Origin: a virus
Lineage: Duplodnaviria > Heunggongvirae > Uroviricota > Caudoviricetes
DNA: 64,000 nucleotides
IMG/VR virus record: IMGVR_UViG_3300022205_000001
Coordinates: 1-64,000 of that record
Reading direction: 5' to 3' (one strand)
Below are positions 1 through 8,317 of this stretch, one piece after another. The notes under the pieces were generated by a model, which ran no database searches, had not been told where the DNA came from, and was given only the letters and a program-made list of their open reading frames with translations. Both the position numbers and the translations under genes were made by a program. Numbering within the stretch: position 1 is the stretch's first letter; every line of letters starts with the position of its first letter.

Positions 1-97
1 TCCAACCATCACAAAAGAAAACCCATCTGTTTTTCCCTGCGCCTGGTCCTGAACCGTCTCAAGATTTCGTCCTAGTGCTTCGCTCAACATCCCCATG
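1..97 (-). CDS. hypothetical protein, N-terminal part only (continues past window start)
   Basis: rc ATG at 95-97 preceded by AAAGGGGA Shine-Dalgarno and a class-2 promoter copy; frame open to position 1. Confidence 0.3.
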
Positions 98-111
98 TTG
101 TTATCCCCTTT

Positions 112-157
112 CTTCATCATATTAAGAGTATAACAAGAAAGCGGCAGATTGTCAAGT
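112..157 (-). promoter_or_regulatory. sigma70-like promoter, class 2 (TTGACA-17-TATACT)
   Basis: rc reads TTGACAATCTGCCGCTTTCTTGTTATACT; near-identical copy at 15948-15989. Confidence 0.5.
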
Positions 158-564
158 CCGAATAATCCCTAGAAATATCAATAACTTATGATCCACGGTC
201 TACTTATCTGTTACTTCTACCCAACCCAAACGCCGGAGTTTCAGCTTTCGTATGGTTTTATTCGCCGCTTCGTTTCCATGTTCCTTTGCTATCGCCGAAA
301 GAGCCAGGGAAATGATATTATGTGAAAACGGCTTTATATCAACAAAGGGAACTTCTTTTTTGATTGACTCTTCCCACTCGTTGAGCGTCTTAGGTATGCT
401 GGCCATTGATAAACACCCTTCTCGTCTTTCCGTTTGCCGTTCTATGAGCGATTTCCTCATGGGCGCCCCGCACTGCCCCCGAAAGACATAGAAGAGTCAA
501 CGCATTCCGCAATCGGCGCCGCTTTTGGATGTATTCTTTTACAACAGCCAATGGACTTCTCATA

Positions 565-1098
565 TTATCCCCTATACTTCTTCGACAATTCTGAGAGATA
601 CGCCGGCGCATTAGATAAACTCACGGCTTTACTCTTTGACGCCTTACCTTTTGTCTTCAACTGGTCCACCGTGAACGGCTCCATAATGATCGCGTCTTCC
701 TCAGACTCCTCAACCTTCTCAGGATCAAAGTTATCCAGGTACCCAGCATACCGCACTGTACCCCGATATCCAATCACAGTGAGTACTAAACGATGATTGT
801 CCGGGTGCATATCAATCACATACGTATAATCCTGCCCTGCATCGGTCACTGACGGAGGATACAAGTAAAATCCCCCAATACTTTCTTTGAAATGAGCGAC
901 CAATTGAGCCGCGAAACATCCCATACCATTTGCCGCTTTTTCTGGGCAATCAGACCCAATACCATTGACAATGGTGAACCCCTCGGCGAAGTCTTTCAGT
1001 TCTTTGCCGTGACCCGTAGGATATCCATCCATCTGACGATATAGCACGGTAATCGGTTCCCCATCTTCCTGAATGACGGTAATTGATCGCGTACCCAT
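565..1098 (-). CDS. hypothetical protein (177 aa)
   Basis: long minus-strand ORF in gene-dense co-oriented block; no recognisable motif. Confidence 0.5.
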   Translation of the reverse strand: MGTRSITVIQEDGEPITVLYRQMDGYPTGHGKELKDFAEGFTIVNGIGSDCPEKAANGMGCFAAQLVAHFKESIGGFYLYPPSVTDAGQDYTYVIDMHPDNHRLVLTVIGYRGTVRYAGYLDNFDPEKVEESEEDAIIMEPFTVDQLKTKGKASKSKAVSLSNAPAYLSELSKKYRG

Positions 1099-1358
1099 TA
1101 TGTATTTTCCTTTCTACTAAGATTGGACCACTGTTTATTCAATTGATCGAACCTGGATATCGGCCACACTCTCGTTACCTGGTCCTCGTCATACACCGAA
1201 TCCACCCAAGCATCTACCGTTGTCGGATTACGTACTTCTCCATCCTCAAGCATATTCTTTGCTTCAAGAGGGGCATCTGCTTCGATCTCATACACAACAA
1301 TCGAATGTACGTGATACTTAGGCATTAGATCGCCCTCAACAGTTCTTTGCGGAACCAC
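1098..1358 (-). CDS. hypothetical protein
   Basis: ORF abutting neighbours on dominant strand. Confidence 0.4.
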   Translation of the reverse strand: MVPQRTVEGDLMPKYHVHSIVVYEIEADAPLEAKNMLEDGEVRNPTTVDAWVDSVYDEDQVTRVWPISRFDQLNKQWSNLSRKENT

Positions 1359-1600
1359 ACCTTGACGTTCTTTCCCGTCAACGCCACTTGGATATCGTAA
1401 TCAATCCATGTCTTGGTTATTGGTCCAAATAAAATTTCGGTTATACGACCAGTGGCACCCTTATGATGCCCGGCCGTTACTTCCACAGGCGTATTGAGTG
1501 CAAGAGGATATCCCACCACATCTTTCATAGGCCGCATCCGCATTTTCGACAATGCAAACTTTGTTTTCTGGTATCGATTTCCTCGTGGTCGGAAGGTCAT
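1325..1600 (-). CDS. hypothetical protein
   Basis: ORF on dominant strand, small overlap with neighbour. Confidence 0.4.
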   Translation of the reverse strand: MTFRPRGNRYQKTKFALSKMRMRPMKDVVGYPLALNTPVEVTAGHHKGATGRITEILFGPITKTWIDYDIQVALTGKNVKVWFRKELLRAI

Positions 1601-1607
1601 GATATCC

Positions 1608-1796
1608 TCAATCGTTATACACTATCAATTCTCGGTCAATCGAGGGTGAAGTCCGGTATATTGCTGAACGAACATCCCCCTCACCATCAACATTATGCCG
1701 AACAAACTGAAATGTAACAGACTGAAATTCTACCGTTGTGGGCCAGTATCCTGGACGCCAACCCAGGTCCGATGCAAAAGTGGTTTGCTTTTTCAT
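1608..1796 (-). CDS. hypothetical protein
   Basis: short ORF on dominant strand. Confidence 0.3.
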   Translation of the reverse strand: MKKQTTFASDLGWRPGYWPTTVEFQSVTFQFVRHNVDGEGDVRSAIYRTSPSIDRELIVYND

Positions 1797-1797
1797 C

Positions 1798-1944
1798 TTA
1801 TTTCACCAATCCCATGAAACGCGAAGGCACCTTGATCTTCGCCTTTTTCTGAGCCCCATACGCTTTACGGGGAGCCGCAACGGTCACTTTTCCGCCACGC
1901 TTCAAGAACTCCGCAACAGTTTCAAACTTAGCTTGCTTGTTCAT
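1798..1944 (-). CDS. small basic protein (48 aa)
   Basis: start moved to internal Met (rc ATG 1942-1944) with AGGGAGG SD, directly downstream of promoter copy at 1981-2022; the ORF-track start would overlap the promoter. Confidence 0.4.
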   Translation of the reverse strand: MNKQAKFETVAEFLKRGGKVTVAAPRKAYGAQKKAKIKVPSRFMGLVK

Positions 1945-1980
1945 GAGAACCTCCCTTGTGTTAGACTTACATCGTTCATT

Positions 1981-2022
1981 CACTATGATATAAGTCTAAC
2001 ATAGGGAGGTATTCTTGTCAAG
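1981..2022 (-). promoter_or_regulatory. promoter class 1 (TTGACA-17-TAGACT inside palindrome)
   Basis: rc: TTGACA AGAATACCTCCCTATGT TAGACT TATATCATAGTG. Confidence 0.5.
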
Positions 2023-2056
2023 TGCTAATTTTCTATAAGAAAATCAACAACTTATG

Positions 2057-3226
2057 TTATTCTACTCCTTTTCCATGCCGCAAATCAAGTGCCAAATCCC
2101 TCGCCGCTTTCGCGCCCATGATTTCCATGAAGTTCACGGCTCCATTTGTGCCCTGACCACTACCACTTTGAATTGTCGGAACCACGGCACCCTGGTACTT
2201 AGAAAATGCTTCCGCCCACGATTGTTGAGCCGTTACCCAAGCTTCCAACTTCTGTTGGAGGGCTCCATCCGCTTGCATCACCAATCGACGCTTTGCCGCA
2301 TCACCTTCACCAATCAAAATTTGCTGTTTCTTATACTGTTCGGCCGCTTGTGCTTCCAATTGGGCTACTTCAAGTCTCTGTCTCGCTTCCGTCACTGCTT
2401 GGATCTTCTGGACTTCCTTCTCATATTGCGCTTTCGCAACATCTGCCTTACCAGTCGCTTCCGCGGTCAACTTTCGCTGTTCCGCTTCACGAGTTTGCGC
2501 CATTGCAGTTTGCACCTGCATGGTGATATCCTGCTGACGCTTAAACTGTTCAGTGACTACGGCATCATAATCAATGTCACTGGGAGCAAAGTTCACAATC
2601 CGAATCCCGAATTCACTCAACGCAGATTGCTCTTGACGTTCAGGCTTCCCATCCTTACCAGTAACAATTTCAGCAACAACAACTGAACGGGTTTCCTTAG
2701 AAATAGGATCAACCACCGTTTCAACTTTCTGTGTCGTTCGATACACACCGTTCTCGATTTGATCAGTGATATAACGAATCAACTCGGTCTTTTTCGATGC
2801 CACAGACTCTTCTGACGACATGGTTGGACCGGTCATATAAATGACCTTATCAATGGTCGGCTTCACCAAGCTTCGTTCGATGGCTTCTTGGCTTCCATAC
2901 TTTGTATGCAATGCCGTCAACAACTCAGGCTGCAACGGAAGTTCCAATTGGAACTGTCCCTTCATCACACCCGTTCCCTTATCGTTGAACTGGATCTTGC
3001 TGTTCAGATCAGTGTTTGACATTTTCCGGTAAATCGTCACAGTCCCACCACCTTGCCACTTGATACCTGGCTCGGTGTACCAACTCAATTCTCCACTTGT
3101 GGGATGCTGTACGACCATAATTTCATCGGCATTTACATTTTCAAACGCCTTACCCGACAATGCCATGAACATAAACAACAGGATCACTGCACCAATACCG
3201 GCGACTTTCAAGTGTATCGAAGACAT
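2057..3226 (-). CDS. SPFH/band-7 (prohibitin/HflK-like) membrane protein
   Basis: N-terminal TM helix, SPFH-like core, long Ala/Gln/Glu-rich coiled-coil tail; start set to MSSIHLK Met with AAGGGAAGAAATAAG SD. Confidence 0.65.
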   Translation of the reverse strand: MSSIHLKVAGIGAVILLFMFMALSGKAFENVNADEIMVVQHPTSGELSWYTEPGIKWQGGGTVTIYRKMSNTDLNSKIQFNDKGTGVMKGQFQLELPLQPELLTALHTKYGSQEAIERSLVKPTIDKVIYMTGPTMSSEESVASKKTELIRYITDQIENGVYRTTQKVETVVDPISKETRSVVVAEIVTGKDGKPERQEQSALSEFGIRIVNFAPSDIDYDAVVTEQFKRQQDITMQVQTAMAQTREAEQRKLTAEATGKADVAKAQYEKEVQKIQAVTEARQRLEVAQLEAQAAEQYKKQQILIGEGDAAKRRLVMQADGALQQKLEAWVTAQQSWAEAFSKYQGAVVPTIQSGSGQGTNGAVNFMEIMGAKAARDLALDLRHGKGVE

Positions 3227-3365
3227 CTTATTTCTTCCCTTTCTTGGAAAATGGACGCTCGCCCATGAGTAACGGTGTGATAATCTGCCACACCACATAC
3301 GCCACAACAAATAAACCGACCGCATACTCCATCACCCTCAATATGAGCATAACACTCGCACCTCC

Positions 3366-4826
3366 TTATTGCAGTTCCTCTCGCACCCTCCGACGAATCT
3401 CACTCAACTTATGAGTCACATGGACCCTCCCATCTACAAACACTGTGCGAAGCAACCCTCCTTCAGCTTGAGTATAATCCAATCCATCCGAAAGAACCAA
3501 TCCATTCTCACCACGATCAACACTCAAGAAACCACGAGCCGATTTCTTCAATCCTGGATCAGTCTTCGGGTTCTTTGATACATGCACCTCATTACCATCA
3601 ATGACGCCCGCGGTCGCCTTGATTGCAAATCCAAACGTATCACGAGTCACATACTGATACGTGTAGCTTCCAATACCGAATACGATGTTGGTAGAGGCAA
3701 ATCCCTTCTCTTGCAATCCCTCACAAATCTGTTTAGCTCGCTCAAGGGTAATGGAGTCGCCATAGATCATTCCGATCTTCTCGGACAACTGCTTATACCC
3801 TTTGTTGTTTACCGTTCCCCCAAATGTCTCCCACAACAGAACCGCAGTTCCTTTGTATGCAGGAGAATCCACCGGAGCATCAGGATCACCACAAATGATC
3901 TTCACAGGGTCACCGGAGTCAGGTCGCACCACCACCTTCCCATCACGAGCCTCGATTACAGACTTCAATGAAGGAAGAATATCGGTCAACACTGCCCAAT
4001 AATCCCATGTATCCGACACAATGGATACGATTCCCTTTGGGTAAACTTCGGTAATCATCCGAAGAAATGTTTCCCGCTCACCCTGCTCACCACCGAAACA
4101 CATCACCGAATGCTCAGTAGCAGGAACAGAACCCCCAATGAAATCATCCCCTGCCTTATAAAACTCCTCAAGAAAATCGATAGCAGGAATAGTGTCTGTT
4201 CCGGTAAAACTCAATAGATGGGCTCCACCCGAAACGGTAGCACTCTCAATACTAGCATGTCCTCTCATCGAGAAATCATGCCCCTGCCAATCGACAAACT
4301 CAGGGATATCCGACGTTTCCATTGCATACTTTTGTAGCAACTTCCGATACTCAAATGCAATAGTGGCGGATGTAATCGGATGCCAGAGAACCGTAGACAT
4401 CAACGTTTCAAGGAAATTCGTCAGCCAGAAAAACTCCGGCATTGTGTTCTCAATCGTCAAGAATGGAACACGCATCGGAACCCGGGTACCCTCTTGCAAG
4501 GCCCGAATACGAATCGGAAGATATCCCAAATCATACAACTTCTCAACATGATCCATTGGAACCGCATCCGGTCCTAGTGAAGTATCCAGCCGGCGCTTGT
4601 ACTTTGCTATCACTTCCTCTTTCGGCTTCTTGAAGAAGTTCGCATTGAAATCATCACACAGGTACCGCTGAACAAAATACTGAAGTCCAAAGAATACCAC
4701 ATGATCAACCCCAGGCATTCTCGATCCCCGCGCCGTCATATTGGAGTAGACCACCTCGGTCCCTTTCGGATACTGACGGCGATGATCAGTTTTATACATA
4801 TCTGATAAATGAATAGCACTATACAT
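3366..4826 (-). CDS. nadV: nicotinamide phosphoribosyltransferase (NAMPT)
   Basis: full-length similarity by eye to NAMPT (N-terminal DxYKxxHxxQYP block, GGxxxxS/T regions); size 486 aa as expected. Confidence 0.85.
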   Translation of the reverse strand: MYSAIHLSDMYKTDHRRQYPKGTEVVYSNMTARGSRMPGVDHVVFFGLQYFVQRYLCDDFNANFFKKPKEEVIAKYKRRLDTSLGPDAVPMDHVEKLYDLGYLPIRIRALQEGTRVPMRVPFLTIENTMPEFFWLTNFLETLMSTVLWHPITSATIAFEYRKLLQKYAMETSDIPEFVDWQGHDFSMRGHASIESATVSGGAHLLSFTGTDTIPAIDFLEEFYKAGDDFIGGSVPATEHSVMCFGGEQGERETFLRMITEVYPKGIVSIVSDTWDYWAVLTDILPSLKSVIEARDGKVVVRPDSGDPVKIICGDPDAPVDSPAYKGTAVLLWETFGGTVNNKGYKQLSEKIGMIYGDSITLERAKQICEGLQEKGFASTNIVFGIGSYTYQYVTRDTFGFAIKATAGVIDGNEVHVSKNPKTDPGLKKSARGFLSVDRGENGLVLSDGLDYTQAEGGLLRTVFVDGRVHVTHKLSEIRRRVREELQ

Positions 4827-4917
4827 TATTAGTTGACCTTTCTAAATAGTCGGCAGCCATTCGTAATCTAATTGGGCACTCCCCCAAAAGACCAATTCCC
4901 CTATTACACCTTCATTC

Positions 4918-5751
4918 CTATACAGCCCTCCGATTCATGGTGTCTTGCAACAACGGAGTCACGCAATACCTTCCCTTATAGGTGAAAATCTCGTCTATCA
5001 GTCCATCAAACACCTTCAACCCTTTCGAGAAAATCCCATGCGTTACCATCAATACAATTTTTTTCGGTTTATGATTCTTCCGAATTTCCTTTGCAATTTC
5101 AATAAACGTTCTACCTCCATCACAAATATCATCAACAATCACGCAAACATGTCCATCCAATGAGAATGCGGCATGTACCGTTGTTCCTGTGATTTCACCT
5201 GTCCCTGGGTCTCTTCGTTTACTACACTCAACCACCCCACGATGAAATGTGCTTGGAATATGCTTTGCCAAATCAAACGTTTTTTTAGACGCCCCGGCAT
5301 CCGGCGAAATCAACACCGCATGATCTTCATCTTCCAACACATTCATCAACATTGAACGAAAAATCTGTGTTTGTGTGACAGGAGAACAATTCTTGAGAAG
5401 TGCCGTCAGAACCGGAGAATGTGGATCATAGACCACCACTTTCTCGGCATTCAATCCATTGACCAAATCACACATCACACGCAACGAAAAACACTCGCCA
5501 GGGACGGCGACCCGATCTTGGCGGGAGAATGGAAAGTAAGGAATAACCAACTCACGCAATCGAATACCTGCTTCTTTGAGGGCATTGCAATATAAAAGCA
5601 ACTCTACTATGTCCTCGTTTTTCTGGAATTCCCACGTCACCTTGATACCATGGCTCAAGGCATTCCGAAATTCTTGATCAGTATTCAAACGAATATGCAT
5701 TTCACCGGCGGGAAAATTGAACGTTGAGTGGTCTACAAAAGACTGAATCAT
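4918..5751 (-). CDS. prs: ribose-phosphate pyrophosphokinase (PRPP synthetase)
   Basis: IPYFPFSRQDR, VVYDPH, ISPDAGA and VDDICDGGRT blocks match Prs PRPP/divalent-cation motifs; start at Met with GGAGGGG SD; own promoter copy at 5771-5811. Confidence 0.8.
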   Translation of the reverse strand: MIQSFVDHSTFNFPAGEMHIRLNTDQEFRNALSHGIKVTWEFQKNEDIVELLLYCNALKEAGIRLRELVIPYFPFSRQDRVAVPGECFSLRVMCDLVNGLNAEKVVVYDPHSPVLTALLKNCSPVTQTQIFRSMLMNVLEDEDHAVLISPDAGASKKTFDLAKHIPSTFHRGVVECSKRRDPGTGEITGTTVHAAFSLDGHVCVIVDDICDGGRTFIEIAKEIRKNHKPKKIVLMVTHGIFSKGLKVFDGLIDEIFTYKGRYCVTPLLQDTMNRRAV

Positions 5752-5770
5752 ACACCCCTCCATAACAACG

Positions 5771-5811
5771 ACTATGATATAATCCTATCATAGATAGGCA
5801 GAATAGTCAAG
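5771..5811 (-). promoter_or_regulatory. promoter class 1 variant (TTGACT-17-TAGGAT) upstream of prs-nadV
   Basis: palindrome TATGATAGGATTATATCATA. Confidence 0.45.
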
Positions 5812-6090
5812 CACAAAAAACACTATACAAATCAATCATTTGGGGGATTAAGATGATCGCAGAAGTCGCACCCTCTACGGCTCACCTCATGACAACAATG
5901 CATACAATGTGAGCACCAACGCACTCCCATGGTGCCCACAGTTCTATGACCTCGGAAATGGCAGACGATGGGGTTCCACACTCGTATAATCCATTGCTGC
6001 CAAATGTCAGGCACCCACAAAGAAAGGCCACGATTATACCCCCAGGCAAGCCACCACCCCTCTTCACTCACCACCACTCTGAGGCGTCGG

Positions 6091-6660
6091 TCATTCATTC
6101 CCCACCATACCTTTCGGCTGTTCATCATGCTCCAAGGTCTTCTTGAAATACTGCTGGGCAGCAACGTGATAAATCACGATACCCTCAGGCTTCATGAAAC
6201 CTGGAGATGCCACACTCCCATACTCTCGCAAATCCTCAACACACTTCTCCGCCACACCTGTTTCAAAAAGCCCTGTGTACAATACCGGGACCACATGGCA
6301 GCAAGCGGGGCGAACCGCAGCATCGCTCCATATTGAAGTGTTGAACAAAGAGAATCGCTTCTCTTTCAATCCATACTTCCGCTGAATACCGGCACCCCAC
6401 CATTCTCCATAATGACGACCGATCCCAAGACCCTTGATCAACTCTTCTTTGTGTTCAAGTGCCCAACGACCGAACCCAAAGTTATCACTCGACAAAGATT
6501 CATCGTCAGGAGTCACGAGCCAACGGCTCCGGCTCCCCACATAAAACTTCAAATCCTCAGTGACCACAATCTGTCCATTAGTGCCATCGATTTTCTCAGT
6601 AATCACACACTGTCTCGACAACCGCGGAATTTTTCTAAATGTTTCAAATTCAAGACTCAT
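6091..6660 (-). CDS. RNA ligase, Rnl2-family nucleotidyltransferase domain only (189 aa)
   Basis: motif I EKIDGTN (T4 Rnl2 EKIHGTN), GEWWGAGIQ (Rnl2 GEFAGPGIQ), PEGIVIY (motif IV EGYV); no C-terminal domain. Confidence 0.65.
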   Translation of the reverse strand: MSLEFETFRKIPRLSRQCVITEKIDGTNGQIVVTEDLKFYVGSRSRWLVTPDDESLSSDNFGFGRWALEHKEELIKGLGIGRHYGEWWGAGIQRKYGLKEKRFSLFNTSIWSDAAVRPACCHVVPVLYTGLFETGVAEKCVEDLREYGSVASPGFMKPEGIVIYHVAAQQYFKKTLEHDEQPKGMVGNE

Positions 6661-7012
6661 GATACGGTACCCATCCTTCCTGTGTTTGCATTTCCACTTT
6701 CAAATTCTCAGGCGCCATTGCGTCTTCAACTCGCTCCTCGACTGTCTTCACTCCACGCAACTTTGCCGCTTTCGCTTTCGCCCACTTCTGAAACTCTGGT
6801 GTTGCACCCATACGCCGAAACGCGGCTCGCTTGTTCTCCAATTGCGAACGATATTCCCGCGATTCTCCCCGCGCACCTGACGGAGGATGAATAATCCTCA
6901 CCCCTGATTCTGTTTTGTTTTGATTCTGTCCACCCTTCCCACCAGACCGAAAGGTCTGAATAAGACAATCACTAATAGTGACTGAGAAGAGAGGTGTTCG
7001 TTGAGGTGTCAT
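6650..7012 (-). CDS. GGQ-motif peptidyl-tRNA hydrolase, ArfB/PrfH-like release-factor domain protein
   Basis: SGGKGGQNQNKTESGVRIIH matches RF-1/ArfB GGQ loop; EYRSQLENKRAA matches ArfB QEYRSQELNREAA; basic C-terminal tail; stop overlaps ligase start by 11 nt. Confidence 0.7.
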   Translation of the reverse strand: MTPQRTPLFSVTISDCLIQTFRSGGKGGQNQNKTESGVRIIHPPSGARGESREYRSQLENKRAAFRRMGATPEFQKWAKAKAAKLRGVKTVEERVEDAMAPENLKVEMQTQEGWVPYHES

Positions 7013-7185
7013 ACTGAGGTAAACCCCTATTCGCTCGCATATTATCTTGCTGATTCTTCCAGCGTTCTACATTAAAAGGAATAGTGAGTGTTTTTGGTAA
7101 CCGTGTCCCTCTAAGGGTCACTTCAATGTAGGGAACTATCGCAGGATCATGTAACCGTGAAGATGTATCTGTTTTCATAATAAGT

Positions 7186-7474
7186 GTGAGGTGGAGGGGA
7201 TTCCAACCCCCTCAACGTTCGTCCGGCGTCCGATTATTCTGCCACAGGGCTCAATCTGCTTGCAATCAGATCTCAACGCCACCGGGAGGATTGACTACCT
7301 CCATGCTTCCGTCTACTGGTCGTGTAATAGCTACCAGAAGCATCGAGCTTGATCACCAGGGGTTCCTAATGATCTCCTTCGGCATTATCTCCGCCTTTCT
7401 ACTTGTTCTTTCCCCGGTCCCACGGGTACTCAGCTTTCTCCCTGTAGAATGAGAGAAATTCAGCCACACCTCAC
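7186..7474 (-). ncRNA. candidate structured RNA with tRNA-like T-arm and acceptor end (tmRNA-like?)
   Basis: no credible minus-strand ORF in this 290-nt span; 3' end reads GGGGG-UUGGAAU-CCCCU (T-arm) then CACCUCAC, complementary to 5' GUGAGGUG; CGGACGC upstream of T-arm as in tmRNA; internal long hairpins. Confidence 0.3.
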
Positions 7475-7479
7475 TTTTC

Positions 7480-7716
7480 CTATTCTAAGTCTCCTAAACC
7501 TGGGTTCACAAAATGCACCAATTCTCTCGGCACTGGGTATTCCCAAAACCCATTGACATCCAATTCCCCATACCCATACTCAATCGTGTCTGCTATTGAA
7601 GTAGTCACGCCAACTTTCTCACCGCGGAGAAATTTATGGATGCCGATTCGTTCGGCTCTCAGCATGGCATTCTCGGCTCGCAAATCTTTCAGTTCTTGCT
7701 GCTCTTGTTCTGTCAT
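7480..7716 (-). CDS. hypothetical protein
   Basis: ORF on dominant strand. Confidence 0.45.
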   Translation of the reverse strand: MTEQEQQELKDLRAENAMLRAERIGIHKFLRGEKVGVTTSIADTIEYGYGELDVNGFWEYPVPRELVHFVNPGLGDLE

Positions 7717-7756
7717 GATGTAAGATTATACTCCTTTCTACGCCCAATGTCAAGAA

Positions 7757-8317
7757 CTATTTTATCAACTCAGCCTTTGGAATGATGCCAGGTCCGTATG
7801 GATCATGAATATCAATGGTAAACCCATTCATGGACGGAATACCTATTCCAGGCAACACCGTATCCCAAGCCTCGCGGCGAGCTTCCCACTCTTCCTCTGT
7901 CACATCCTCAAGAGGATCGGTATTGTCCCAATACCCATACTCAGACACACCAGGCATCTTCAAAAACTTTTCAAACCATTCCCCCCGTTCAGTATACACG
8001 ATACCCAGAAACTTGTCCTCATACGGGAACACAACAAGCTGGAAATCCGTATCAACGACAGTGTTCCGCAGACCTGTCTTTTTAATTTCACGACGGAGTT
8101 CCCACCACAACGATTCCGCACGAGAGAGTTTATTTATCCCCTCTTCATCCTTCTCTTCGGGGTTCTTACATTCCGACAGAACTATCTGCATAAACTTTTT
8201 CTTCACCTCATAGGCATCCTTCAGCCAATGTTCATCATGATACTGACGAACAAGGCGCAGCACTTCCTTGAGGTCGGAGGTTGCGATACTCACTCCATAA
8301 TAAATCTTCGTGCTCAT
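7757..8317 (-). CDS. hypothetical protein (186 aa)
   Basis: ORF; ATGA start/stop overlap with upstream gene. Confidence 0.5.
   Translation of the reverse strand: MSTKIYYGVSIATSDLKEVLRLVRQYHDEHWLKDAYEVKKKFMQIVLSECKNPEEKDEEGINKLSRAESLWWELRREIKKTGLRNTVVDTDFQLVVFPYEDKFLGIVYTERGEWFEKFLKMPGVSEYGYWDNTDPLEDVTEEEWEARREAWDTVLPGIGIPSMNGFTIDIHDPYGPGIIPKAELIK

Noticed and set aside
2054-2686. 210-aa plus-strand ORF (and similar long plus-strand ORFs at 7805-8710, 15553-16212, 11407-11811, 28803-29333, 63169-63822)
   Set aside because: Each lies entirely antisense to a well-supported minus-strand gene (SPFH, NrdJ, gp44 and others), has low-complexity or Leu/Arg/Ser-rich translation, and has no promoter or SD. 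These are typical shadow ORFs.
5832-6164. 110-aa Trp-rich minus ORF overlapping the RNA ligase 3' end by 74 nt
   Set aside because: Composition is implausible (W/R-rich), it has a frame conflict with a well-supported gene, and it has no SD. The region is kept as unassigned in the findings instead.
6972-7178. 68-aa ORF overlapping the start of the GGQ gene by 41 nt
   Set aside because: There is no motif, and it would place a protein gene between the RNA element and the GGQ gene. It cannot be excluded, so it is left uncalled.
7013-7480. Canonical tRNA genes in the largest non-coding gaps (also 5764-5831, 43244-43421, 61659-61902)
   Set aside because: No 70-90-nt cloverleaf with D-arm and anticodon arm could be drawn. 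Only the T-arm/acceptor fragment described in the findings is present.
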